64,000 nucleotides of DNA from Octopus vulgaris (taxonomy: Eukaryota), in contig OX597814.1 in assembly GCA_951406725.2 (NCBI GenBank), positions 65,410,001 to 65,474,000 on the forward strand. The letters are read 5' to 3'. Of the stretch, positions 37,560 to 50,354 are shown piece after piece. Position numbers and translations under genes: made by a program. The notes under the pieces are model-generated. The model ran no database searches. It had not been told where the DNA came from and saw only the letters and a program-made list of their open reading frames with translations. The number at the start of each line of letters is the position of its first letter. Position 1 is the stretch's first letter.

Positions 37560-40500
37560 ATATCACAATATTAAAAATCAATTAAACCCAAACTACATTA
37601 GCCACAGACGATATAACAATCCTCAGTACAACCATAATCGAGTACACTACACAACCACTCCACCACAAACATACTACCATAGACACAATTTACATCCACC
37701 TTTCTCTCGTCAAACCAAACAAAATACAGACCTTCCACGACAATCCATGTACTACAACCATTTTTAGACGCAAACCAGAGAAACAGAGATGTGAAATGGA
37801 AACAAATAAACAAGTCCAACCGAACATAATCAACCTGTCAAAGAAAATCCTGAGTTCTACACAAATCAAAATCCTAGCAAGAGGTCTAAAATTTACCCCT
37901 ACCCCACGCAGACCGAACCCAAATGAAATTAAGGACAATACTTTGGACTTCTGCCATAAATTACGCCTCACAGAAGCTCTTTACAACTTTACCAGTGAAG
38001 ATGACTCAATAGTGAAAAACAAAAGTGAGTACCATCCTACAAATGGTAGAAATAAAGCACTTGATGTTTTCTGTGATCACATAACTTGCTTTCCTTACAA
38101 TACCATTCCAAAGCAACATATCAAATCCAACCTTAATTTAAACGAATGGAAAGACCTTGTCGAGCTAAACAATGACATAAACCTCACTATTAAAGAAGCC
38201 GACAAAGGAAGTGCGGTAGTATTGATGGATACAGAGTACTACAAAAATGTAATACTTTCCATGTTACTTACTATGAAAAACTAACATATTACAACCCACA
38301 GAAAACACTGAAAAATTTATCCCCCCTACTCCAAACTCATGGAAAGGGTCTTACAACACATGAAATTGACTATCTATCTAATTTCAAATACAGTCCTAGT
38401 CAATTCTACGGATTACCCAAGATACATAAAAATCCACTCATTTGTGAAGCCTGGAAAGTCTCTACAAGCCTATGCATTAATGTCCCTCCACCTACTGACC
38501 TCAAACTCAGACCCATCATAGCTGGCCCTTCCTGCGAAACCCACCGTTTGAGTAACTTTCTTGACATATTACTCAAACCTCTTTTAAAATATGTGAAAAG
38601 CTATATCAGGGATGACCTAGACATGCTGAACCACCTCCCGAAGACAGTAAAGGACGGAACTCTACTGGTGTCTTTCGATGTGGTGAATCTATACATTAAT
38701 ATCCCACACGACTATGGTATAGAAGCAATCACATTTTGGCTAGAAAAGCACCCAGAAGAGATCCCAGGTCGAATTAACCACAATTTTATAATTGAAGCAC
38801 TGAAATTCGTCCTGTTGAACAGTCATCTCTTGTTCGATACTACTTACTATCGACAGGAATGCGGAATTGCAATGGGGACCAGAGCTGCTCCAGTGATTGC
38901 AAACCTCGTAATGGGTTACCACGAACTTAAGTTATACCAATCATCACTTGAAAAATATGGCGCCTCTTTCAATTACTACTTAAAGGAGAACTGGAAGAAA
39001 TATTTAGATGATTGCTTCATTCTTTGGCCAGATAGCATGGATCAACTCCTTGATTTTAAAAGAATGCTCAACAACATACACAGCAATATACAATTCACTA
39101 TGGAACATAACAGTAAGCAACTACCTTTTCTAGACATCTTAATTAGAATAGTTAACAACCACATAGAAAAAGACATCTTTTATAAACCCACAGACTCCAA
39201 ACAATACCTATTATTTAACCCCTGCCACCCCAAACATATAAAAATCAACATACCTTTTAACCTAGCAAAAACAATCTGCACCATAGTTTCCGATACATAC
39301 ACTCGGGAACATAGACTCCTTGAACTTAGATCTACACAAAAACGAAAAGACACTACCCAATCTCATAAGTAAATGAAGGCATCAAAAGAGCTAAGGGAAT
39401 AGATATACAAAGATTAAGGAAAACTAGCCGAAATACTAAACAAGACTTAAAAATACTCCCGTACATCTCCACACATAACCCCAGAAACAACGAAGCTTTC
39501 AACATCATCACCCAAAACCTCCCCATCCTCACAGCAGGCAAAACAATGAACGAAATTTTAAGCTCATATAAAATTATAAAAAGCAAAAAGCAACCGAAGT
39601 CACTGAAAAGAATACTAACCAACGCTAGACTTTACCCACCAACTACTGAGCAAAAAGTGACAAAATGTGGACGTTCTAACTGTGGAACATGCCCCCACCT
39701 TCTGGAGGGTTCAGAATTCCAATTCAAACAAGGAGAAATATTTAAGATCAAATCAAATTTCACCTGCGCCTCAGCAAATGTAATGACATGCACAGGATGT
39801 GGTAAACTCTATATTGGACAAACAGGAATTTCGCTCCGTCAAAGAATCACCATTCACAAAGAGCAAATCCGTCACCCACAATACAGACAGTTCAAGGTGA
39901 GTGAACACATAGAAAGATGTGCCAGGAATCTTAATCCCAATTTCCAAATATTTCCCTTTTACCAATGCTCACAGAACACCACAATGCAACAAAGGTTGAA
40001 TAAAGAGTCATTTTTCATCAACAAATTTCTCCCCCAATTAAATATGAACACACAACTCAATACAGAACACCACTAACTCTTCAATTTAAACCACTAAACC
40101 CTATACACTTTCTACATCACTCACATCTCTAATTCCACAACTACTTACCTCCCTTACATATAATCCCTTACAAATAATCTCTTTTCTCAGGAACTATTAG
40201 ACCTGACACCGTTTATTAACCGGTGTTGTTCAAACGATGAATAGCCCACGCGCAAGCCAATTGGTTCGTTTCAGTCTCTTACTTTATTATTATTATTATT
40301 AACTTCTTATAATCATCTCAGAACAATGACCTTTATGACTCGTATTACTACCTCAATCAATCTAAATGTATATATTTGTCACTACCTGTCATATATAGCC
40401 TTTTTCTATCTGCAATATGCATTTTCATTGATTTTTCATATTTTACCCTTACATTTCCACGTGTATTTTATATTTTCTTTTCGTAACATATTTCTACAAT
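37560..40500 (+). mobile_element. Penelope-like retroelement (Neptune-type architecture), near full length
   Basis: An A/C-rich element bounded by (TA)n tracts on both sides, carrying the disrupted RT-GIY-YIG ORF below. Confidence 0.9.
37796..40076 (+). pseudogene. Penelope-like RT plus GIY-YIG endonuclease ORF broken by several frameshifts (segments 37796-38284, 38548-39372, 39546-40076)
   Basis: IINLSKK.L..L.RGLKFTP, IKEADKGSAVV, FYGLPKIHK (intermediate frame), SFDVVNLY, GIAMGTRAAP, YLDDCF, IQFTME, LPFLD, YKPTD..HP. A Cys linker KCGRSNCGTC is followed by TC..NV..CTGCGKLYIGQTG..R..H. Confidence 0.93.
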
Positions 40501-40540
40501 ATATATATATACATAAATATATATATATTTTGTTTTGTAA

Positions 40541-40871
40541 AGGCGCATGACTCAGTGGTTAGAGCCTCGAGCTTACGATCGTGTGGTTGTGAGTTCGAAT
40601 TCCGGACCGGGCTGCGTATTGTGTTCTTGAGCAACACACTTTATATCACGTTGCTCCAGTTCACTGCGCTATAGAAATGAGTTGCGACGTCACAGGCGCC
40701 AAGCTGCATCGGTCTTTGCCTTTCCCTTGGATAACACAGGTGCCGCGGAGAGGAGAGGCCGGTATGCATGGGCGACTGCTGGTCTTCCATAAACAACCTT
40801 CCACGGATTTGAGCCTGGGAGAGTAACTCTCTAGGTGTAATCCCATCGTCATTCTTGACCGAAGGGGGTCT
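40541..40871 (+). mobile_element. tRNA-derived SINE family C, full length
   Basis: A-box TGACTCAGTGG, B-box GTTCGAATTCC and central TGTGTTCTTGAGCAA..CACTTTAT. The body is shared with 56652-56897. Confidence 0.85.
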
Positions 40872-41519
40872 CAGCAACTAAATCTATTCTTTTAATTGTT
40901 TCAATCATTTGAGTAGATTGAAAAGTAGAGTAGAAAAGAATATATGTACATTCAGTGAAAAATTCATATATATACATACGAGCAAAACGGCCCCCGTCCA
41001 ATGGACAGTGCTGAGTTGTCAAACATTTAAACCAAATTTTCTCAAAACAACTTGTCTGACCGTCCCATAGGCTCCCCTTTGAGAAACACTGATTTAACCT
41101 AAATTTGAGACACGAGCAAAAGAAGAAATAACGATAGACTTTATTTATTTATTCATACAAATATGCAACCGAAGAGTTTAAAGTACCAGTAATGATAAGG
41201 CTGTTGACTGGATAACACAAACAAGGTTTAAACAGTAAGCTTGGCCAGAAAGAAATGTGCCTCTAAGCAGTACAAACGCAACAAAAAATGGAAGGTGCAG
41301 TTATGTACAGGTTGACGGAAGAAAAGCAGGACAAAAACGATGCATGCAAATGGGTTAGCTGGAGGTATATCTAAATGGAAAAGCATAATGAATTTATGAG
41401 AACGTTCCTGGGACAATAAGTTTATCCGATAAAATATGTAGGAAATCAACTTGGGGCGATTTTTGATGAAAAGCAACAACCTAGGGAACTAAGTAACTAA
41501 TTTTAAGCTAACTTAGCAT

Positions 41520-41790
41520 GGGAAAGCTAGTGGAGCGCAGCCTTGTAAACCACATTCCTTGTTACTCCGTCTGGAGCGTAGTAGAAAATGCACGTTCCCA
41601 CGGCTTTATCGATCGCATTCTCACCTGGAATCGATTTTTGTTATTTTTTTGACACTTATACACGCCCTGATACCATCGGTATCTACATATCAAATTTGAC
41701 CGCAATCGGATGGAGGATGCCCGACCGAGATCCTAGAAGACACACACACAGACAGACAAAACGGATCTTAAATTTTATATATATATTATT
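41520..41790 (-). mobile_element. Helitron-like non-autonomous fragment
   Basis: The minus strand starts ATATATAAAA..TTTGTCTGTCTGTGTG and contains CCGATTGCGGTCAAATTTG, like 36799-37180. Confidence 0.5.
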
Positions 41791-41864
41791 ATATATTATT
41801 ATTATTATATATATATACATACATATATACATACATATATACCACATACACACATACTCATATA

Positions 41865-41901
<37 letters not shown>

Positions 41902-42045
41902 ATCTGTGTGTGTGTGTGTGTGTGCATATCGTCGTATGCACTACCAACAGCGTAATCACTACCAACAGCGTAATCAATGTTGTACTAGTGAATGCCCCAA
42001 AAAAAACATACGAAAATTGTTTGTTTTAAAACTTGAGATTACATA

Positions 42046-42680
42046 GAAAGTATTTTGTGTAGGATATGAGCAGTTCCCATAGGCACTATCTTTTGAATTT
42101 CTGCCATTTTTGGGTTTCCTGGTACCTGAGGTGATAGCAATCAATCCCTTTTGCTATCATTCCCAGGGCACCTATGACAACAGGTATTGTTTTAGTCTTC
42201 AGGTTCCACATTTTGCTGATTTCTATTGCCAGATCTTTGTAGTTGCTCAGTTTCTGGTAGGTCTTGACAGATACGTTTATATCGATTGGGAGAGTCATAA
42301 CAATGAGGCGGCATGTTTTTTGTCTGAAGTCTTTCAATATGATGTCTGGCCTATTCGCGTCTATATTTCTGTCAGTTTGAATGGTGAAGTTCCAGAGAAG
42401 TGAGATGCGGTCATTTTCAAGTACTGGAGGTGGTTTGTGTTCCCACCAGTTTTTATCATGGGGCAAGTCCAGGCTTTTTCAGTGAATATATTGTGCAGGT
42501 CTATCATGCCTGTTGAGATACTCTGTAGGTGCAAGAAGACTGCACTTGGAGACAACATGAACAATGGTTTCATTTTGTTGTTGACATACTCAACATTTTG
42601 GCCTAGTAGTTCCTTGTAGGTAGGCATTGATCTTGAGCTGCTATGATAAACCCTTCTGTTTCAGATTTTAATCCAGAGGC

Positions 42681-42683
<3 letters not shown>
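42046..42683 (-). mobile_element. Dong/R4-like LINE 3' fragment abutting (AAT)n
   Basis: GLKSETEGFIIAAQDQCLPTRNY, YLHRHDR, LWNFTIQTDRNIDANRPDII, KLSNYKDLAIEISKMW..IPVVIGALG. Confidence 0.9.
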
Positions 42684-42732
<49 letters not shown>

Positions 42733-42863
42733 GTTGTTGTTGTTGTTATTAATAATAATAATAATAATAATAATGATAATAATATTAACAATATTAGTAA
42801 CAACTAAATATTATATATGTACTCATGGACATGGATGTATATGTTGCGCTCCAGGATGTGTGA

Positions 42864-42923
<60 letters not shown>

Positions 42924-43038
42924 GTCTATATGCTTATACGCATGTTTAATTATGTCTATATATATGTTTATGTACATGTATAGGTGTACATAATTGCTTA
43001 TGTATATATGTATATATATATATATATGTATATGTAAA

Positions 43039-43102
<64 letters not shown>

Positions 43103-43438
43103 ATTTGTACGTGCATCTTGTTTCATGTATATATTTATGTTTTGAATGTGCCTTATAATCTCTGACGTGGCCTATGGAAATATATAAATACCTCAATTTT
43201 AACTGCCTACAACCTCAATAAATTGACATGTATGAGCACAATGAAATTACTTTCTCCAAAGGCTGAAATTGATTTTAATGATTTCAATAATCTATTGTAT
43301 TCTTATCTTATATGTATTGAATTTTAATGTATATATGTATGTTGTTATGGTTCTCGTTTTGTTAAATAAATAAGTCAACATTCTAATATCCTAGAGCTGA
43401 TAAACCAACGAAATTGTTTCTCCATTTTCTCATTTGTA

Positions 43439-43549
<111 letters not shown>

Positions 43550-43654
43550 TGTATGTATGTATGTTTGTGTCCGAAAGACTTGTTCATGTTCCACGTACCT
43601 CGTGCTTCATATATTTTACTGTACATGTTTTGTGACGTCCTGTGTCCAGATATG

Positions 43655-43737
<83 letters not shown>

Positions 43738-45045
43738 TTATATTTATATTTATATAATGAGGGTGAAAAAATGAATATTAATTTGATTAATATCAATTTA
43801 AAACCAGTCGCCTAGCATATTGAAAAATCTGAAGATTCAGAAAAAGTGTATTGCATATATATAAGAGTGATGACCACTATGCAGACATCCATTATACTAG
43901 ATGTAGACCGCATATGGTCTGACCGCTAAGAAAAGTTTGGTCTCAAGAAAATTCCACAAACGCCAGAACGTAAGCGAGTAAGACAAATGAAAAAATACAA
44001 AATATGCAGATTAATCACAAATCCCGTTTCATTATTATCACTAACGTAATATTTACGTAAATATCTGCAATTCATCAGTGTGATCAGAGTTCTTTCATAA
44101 CAAATTGTGTGATCTCCTTCGCGGCTCTCTGTATATTCTACTGTTTCAACACACGACTTCACATCAAGAATCTTGCAAAACAAATACGTAAACGCATATC
44201 TATACGAGTGTGTGCGTTTGTGTGTGTGTGCATGTTTGTGTGTCTGTGCGTTTGTGTGTCTGTGCGTTTGTGTGCGTGTGTGCATTTGTGTGTGTGTGCA
44301 TTTATATGTTTGTGTGTTTGCGTGTGTGTATACATAAATGTATATATATATTTACAATGCATATATTAAAACCTGAATATCTTGAAACACAGGTGTCCAT
44401 TTCTTTTCAAATGATAAAGAGAAAACAATGAAATAACCACCATATATTGGCAAAAGGGATCTAGGTCGATATAGATTGCTTAGTTTATTAGTATTTATGT
44501 TTATGAAATAATATCTGCCAGTTTAGTCTTTGGAGTAATTAAATAATTAAGCACCAAAGCATCACCGGTTTTAGCAGAATTGAATTATTAATTAAATCAT
44601 TAAGCATCAAAACATTATCAATTTTAGCTGAAGACTCATTTGAAAGTGATATAAGGGAAGTGACTTAATGTGTTATCAAAAGAGCCTTAGCGGTAGTGTG
44701 CATGTAGGTGTACAATAAAAAATTTAACGTAATTGAGAAGACTGCAAGTGAAAACTTATTGGATATCAATGAAAAAGACATGCCAGTTGAATTAGCTTGA
44801 AGAATATAGAAATGAATTTGTTGCAATGTACTAATACTACAGATTTTTGGCTAGCAATGATAAAAATATTGGCGGAAATATATTTAGAAGCAAAATTCAT
44901 GGAAAATATTTTGGTATGGTATATAGGAAATAATGTACATACGTGTGTGTGTGTGTGTATGTGTTCAAGAGTATTCGTAAGTATGCATATAGTTATTAAC
45001 AAAGAAATATAAAAGTTAATGCACAAACACACACGCACACACGCA

Positions 45046-45125
<80 letters not shown>

Positions 45126-45889
45126 CAAACACGCACACACGCTTTCAGCAGCCTTAATGCCATCTTTGCTACGTGGCTATAGTCTACTCGGAATATGTCG
45201 GCTGTCCGCCTGCGTCCCGCAGTAATTCGCACTATTACATACAATTTTTGCGATACAAGTCCCCAGTTACACTTAGTTGACAAAAAAAGATGCCGACTAT
45301 CCTCAGACAGCCATTTCGACAACCGATATTGCTGTTAATGATACCAAACTTACTCCTAAAAAATGTATTACCTGTCAAAAGCCTTACAAACGTATATGAG
45401 ATTAATATATAATAGGTCATTTTTGTAATGGCGCTGTTTGATGTCTAACAAGTTTATACCCAATTATATACTTTTATTTTAAGAGAAAATTGTGAATGAT
45501 TCATCATCTATTTATTGCTATTTCGATAATATTAAGTATATACAGGCACAAAAATTGAGAAAATATTCCATAACGAAGTAGATTTAGTTGCTTATTGAAG
45601 AATATATAATGTGTAATATACAAAATATTTAATGTAAAGTATGCATTTAATGATATAGTAAATTGGTATGTATACTTTTCTTACAACGTAATAATGTATA
45701 ACTTAGATAATAACTGGTATCATTATATTGGTATTGGAATTAAATTTTTCTGGCCAAAGAAATACTAAATAATAAAATATATTAATGCAAAGATTTGATA
45801 TAATGAAACATTTTTCATTAATTTAATGTAATATTTAGAAATATAATATGAAAATTATTTTAAAGGCTAATATTAATATATAATATTGA

Positions 45890-46074
45890 TTTCAAATTTT
45901 GACACAAGGCCAACAATTTTGGGGGAGATGTCAACTTGTTACATTGACCCCAGTACTATTTTATCGGCCTCTGAAAGATGAAAGGTTAAAATTTTAACTC
46001 AGAACACAAAGAGGGACGAAATGCTTGGAAGCATTTTGTCTGGCGTGCTAACATCTTTACCAGCTCGTCGCCTT
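45890..46074 (-). mobile_element. SINE family B
   Basis: The minus strand starts AAGGCGACGAGCTGGTAAAGATGTTAGCACGCC with B-box-like TGAGTTAAAATT. It is homologous to 58160-58344. Confidence 0.75.
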
Positions 46075-46085
46075 AATATGAGGTA

Positions 46086-46924
46086 CGTGGTTTGATCAAT
46101 AAGTCTCCGGACAGCTGCCATAGTAACGAAACTAAAACACGCAGAGTAAACCTGCTTGGCACATATTGACCTTATACATTGCCGTGCATGCGCACTAAAT
46201 GTTAACGTTCTACCTCACTTCTGCTGTTTACAACAGTGCATGGAAGGAAGCGAAATGATCGTCACATTGACCATGACAGTGAAAGTTGAGCAGAGAATCT
46301 GCACTAAATTTTGCCAAAAGCTTGGCCTTATCTGCTGAGAGGCGTACGCCAAGTTTTCAAAAAGTTTTCATCGTTCTCCACACAATCAAGGAGATCTGGT
46401 GCAAATGAAACCCGAGTGTCCTTTTAGATGAAAGTAATTTTGGCACAAATTTGGCAGACTCGCGTCTCATACCCAAATCTTCAGTGATTATGGACTGATC
46501 TGAACTGTAATTAAACTGCACATCCTTTGATGAGACGCAGATGGTGATTCAACGATTTCCCCTCACGGCTGCACGCACATCAGCGATGTTTTTCTCAGTC
46601 CTGCTGGTTGCGGGTCTCCGAGAACGTACGTGAATATCGACATATTTTCGGCCATCTTGGAAACGTCTGAAACATTCGTAAACCTGTGTGAGGCTCATAC
46701 ACTCCTCATCATACACTTTCTGTAACTTTGCGTAGGCCCCTTGGCAGGTATCGCAATGAGAACTTACCCTGTCATGGTTAATGCGACAATCACACTCTAC
46801 ACACGTTTATTCCAAGCACAGCTGTAAATAGCGGAAGTGAGCTACAATGTTAAAACTTAGCGCTTTCACTCTGCTTGCTTTAGCTTCGTTACTATAGCAA
46901 CAGTCCGGATACTTATTGATCAGA
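46086..46924. mobile_element. Mariner derivative made of two inverted 5' ends
   Basis: Long TIRs TGATCAATAAGTCTCCGGAC.. and ..GTCCGGATACTTATTGATCA. The plus strand encodes MTVKVEQRICTKFCQKLG; the minus strand encodes AYAKLQKVYDEECMSLTQVYECFRRFQDGR..RSRRPATS. Confidence 0.8.
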
Positions 46925-48034
46925 TAATATTGAAATAGTTTTGATATTTTTACAGTATTAGTTTTAGTTTTTCCTATCAAAGTATTTGAGGGCTACTTTG
47001 ATTTTTATGTGCCCATCGCAAGAAGTTAGCAAATCTGGATAAATATGTCATTTGGTATGTAATTTCGTGGTAGGTTTCGATTTTAAAATGGTTCCGGAAG
47101 TGGGAATTCTTTCGGAAGTTTCAGGATTTTAAGGCGTATGGAACTACCTTTTAGACTGTATCTTTCTCAAGTCTACTCTGAACCGAAGTAGCAGTTTCTG
47201 TCTGGATCCCAGCAGTTGGTTAAATAACATGTAACAAGACAAGACAGGGTTCTGCCAGGCAGAACGACAAACTTTGACCACCAGAAAAATAAGACGTCAT
47301 CAGTACTTTTAACGAATCAAAAATCAGATCCGTTCACGGGAAAAAATTATAAATACACTGCATTAAAAAAAAAACACTGTTACAAGCGAAAATACCTGCA
47401 CACGACGGAAAAAGATTTACTGAAACTGTAACAAAAACCTCTTTTTTACTATCTTCATTTCTCCTTTGTTTTCTTTCCTCTTAACTCAGTTTGGTGATCC
47501 ACATCATTTATCAATCACTTCTGACACATTTTGTGCATTTAAACAAGATGATCTACATTTTTCTATTATTGAATGTAGTGAACATTTAAATCATATTTGA
47601 TAATATTGAATTTTGTAAGCATTGAATCTTTTAAACATTATTTTTCTACTTCGAAATTTTGAAATTTTACGATTGATAAACAAAAAAATGTTGAAACTAG
47701 TTTGGTATGTATATAAATAAATTTATTTAAAATCAATTACATTTTTTTCAAATTCAGGTGTATTTTCAACAACATATTTTTAAATATAACGCTGAGTAGA
47801 AGAAACAGGGAAAACTGAAGAAGGGGAATATTCCTTGTGTTGTATGTCTTGTATTCTGGTTTCTTCGTTGTTTAAAAAAAAGTTCGTTTCTGGTTTTGTT
47901 TTATATTTTCGTTTCTCATTGTGTTCAACGTTATTCTGATGTCCTGTACCCATATATGCATGTATATATACATATATATGTAGGTGTGTAAATACATGTA
48001 TGTATATATGCATATATTTATATATTATTTCTAT

Positions 48035-48159
<125 letters not shown>

Positions 48160-48701
48160 GTATGTATATACACGTGTATAAATGACGAATACACACATAT
48201 ATATCCATGTATGTGTTATATCTATGATATGCTTATAATTTTCACTATATCAAGTTTCACCCACAGAAACATTGCTTACTATTTTTTTTATACAGGTAGA
48301 AATGTATATTTCAGACATGGGGTCTGAGAAATAGCTTTATATTTCAGAACTTCAATGAAAACATACTTTTATATTGTTCAAAGCAGTGAAGCAAGTGATT
48401 TTTCAAAGGTCAATAATGGTGTAAATGTCAACAAGCTGATTATGCTGATAGGACAGAGTTCGTGCGGTAATTAGATATAGACAATAAAATAGGGTTTTCC
48501 TCAAAGAAAAATCGTGAACAATAGATTAATAGCCTGAAGTGTTGCGCAAATGGATTGGCTTTTAAAGTGTTTTATATTAAACAGTTAGTGTCATAAAGAT
48601 TTCAGGTGAAGAAAATGTTTCATTTCTTAATTAACTGTACGTGTTTGAGTTTACGTGTGTGAGTGTGTGAGTGTGTGGGTGTGCATGTGTGCGTGTGTGC
48701 G

Positions 48702-48734
<33 letters not shown>

Positions 48735-48865
48735 GTATGTATGTATGTATGCATGTATGTATGTGTGTATGTGGAGAGGAAGCCTACTTCGCACATTGTT
48801 ATGTTTATGTATCTGGTGATGTGTCTATAGAAGGCTAAGATTAACATATATAATAAAAAAAATGT

Positions 48866-48898
<33 letters not shown>

Positions 48899-50273
48899 AT
48901 ATGTATATATATATGGACCAAAACAGTTCGATTCAACTTTATGGCTACCCTTGAGTTTCGAATATCATGCTAGTCGTCAGCAATTTTGAATTTTGAATTT
49001 GAGTGACAGATGTTGATTATTATTACCGTAAGGTGGGCTGCGATTGTTCGAGGGAGGTCACGTGTTGTTGTAGTTTGCTGTTGGTATGTGGGTAACAGTT
49101 AGTTTTAAAGTACCGCATGGCGAACACAAAATTGTTCATGTGCAGGACAGGAAATAGATCACCTAGCGATTAGAAACCGGTCAGGTTGTTGGAGCGAAGT
49201 AGGAAGGGGCGGCATGTGCAAGTGTATAGTTCTATATGTGAGTGTCTAGACGCGCTCATGTAGCTTTGCGTGCATGTGTGTATTAATTCGGGTGTACACA
49301 TCTGTACATGGGCGAGCACGCGGACCTCTGTACCCACCCACACACACACACGCTTGCTCTTGGACGAACATGCACGCACGCAAACGCACACACGCGCATA
49401 TATACGCATGCACACGCATACACGCATACATGCGTATTCATTCAAATGCACATATATATATTCGCATGCAAGTACGCATGCATACCAGTGTGCGCGCCCA
49501 CACGCATGCGCATGCACATATGCATTCGCACGCACGCGTGCACAAGAATACACATGCAAAACAAGCGTTAGGCAATAGTCAGTGTTGAGAATTGGTAAAC
49601 ATTGGGTATTGGTAAGCGTTGGGGGCTGGTAAACACTTGGGATTGGTATATGGTGGTTCTGTTCATGAGGTTGGTTAGTAGCGGTGACCATGTTGCAGGC
49701 GGTGGTATATCCGGGCTGTCGGCAGAATATATATATATATATATACTATTCAGTGCAATTTCCTGGCGCTTTATTCATAGTCGGACAGAATTAGACGAGA
49801 AATGCATATTCAGTCAATTTACAAGTTTGTTTTATTGCTTTATGATATATTTCGTACGATTGTTGGGTAGCGAAGAGTACACATTTTATCTTTTAACTTC
49901 TACATGTTTCAATCAGTAGATTGTGGACATGCTGGAATATCCTTAAATAGTTTTCGGTCTAATGAATCAACCCCTTAGTAGATCTTAGTTCACATCCGAC
50001 CGTATGTGTGCATGTATATTGTGTATGTATATAACTGGGTACTTGCTTTTTTAATGAACTATTAATCAGAAGTAACAGTATTACAATTAAAGGAAATCAA
50101 ATATTACACAGCGCACCTCCATTTTACTGTTCAAATTTGCTAAATCTTATCACTGTCTGTTCCTAACTTATATATCGCTTGCTTAAGTTTCAGATATATG
50201 GCCATATATATAATATTATATTATATTTACATAATATCGAGGTCTCTTTCATTCTTTTGTTATCATACCATAT

Positions 50274-50324
<51 letters not shown>

Positions 50325-50354
50325 TGTATGTATATATGTATGTCTCTATGTCTC

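Noticed and set aside
37796-40076. Naiad/Chlamys-type (N-terminal endonuclease, selenocysteine) Penelope element
   Set aside because: The GIY-YIG domain is C-terminal, and the ORF breaks are frameshifts rather than in-frame TGA codons at Cys positions.
40541-40615. tRNA gene candidates here and at 15458-15525 and 62575-62660
   Set aside because: A and B boxes are present but there is no intact cloverleaf; they are best read as SINE heads.
41939-41975. 18-bp tandem duplication CACTACCAACAGCGTAAT x2
   Set aside because: A simple slippage duplication with no further structure.
43867-43922. C/D box snoRNA-like pair GTGATGA..CTGA
   Set aside because: No terminal stem or identifiable guide, and it lies in what looks like a repeat-derived tail next to a microsatellite.
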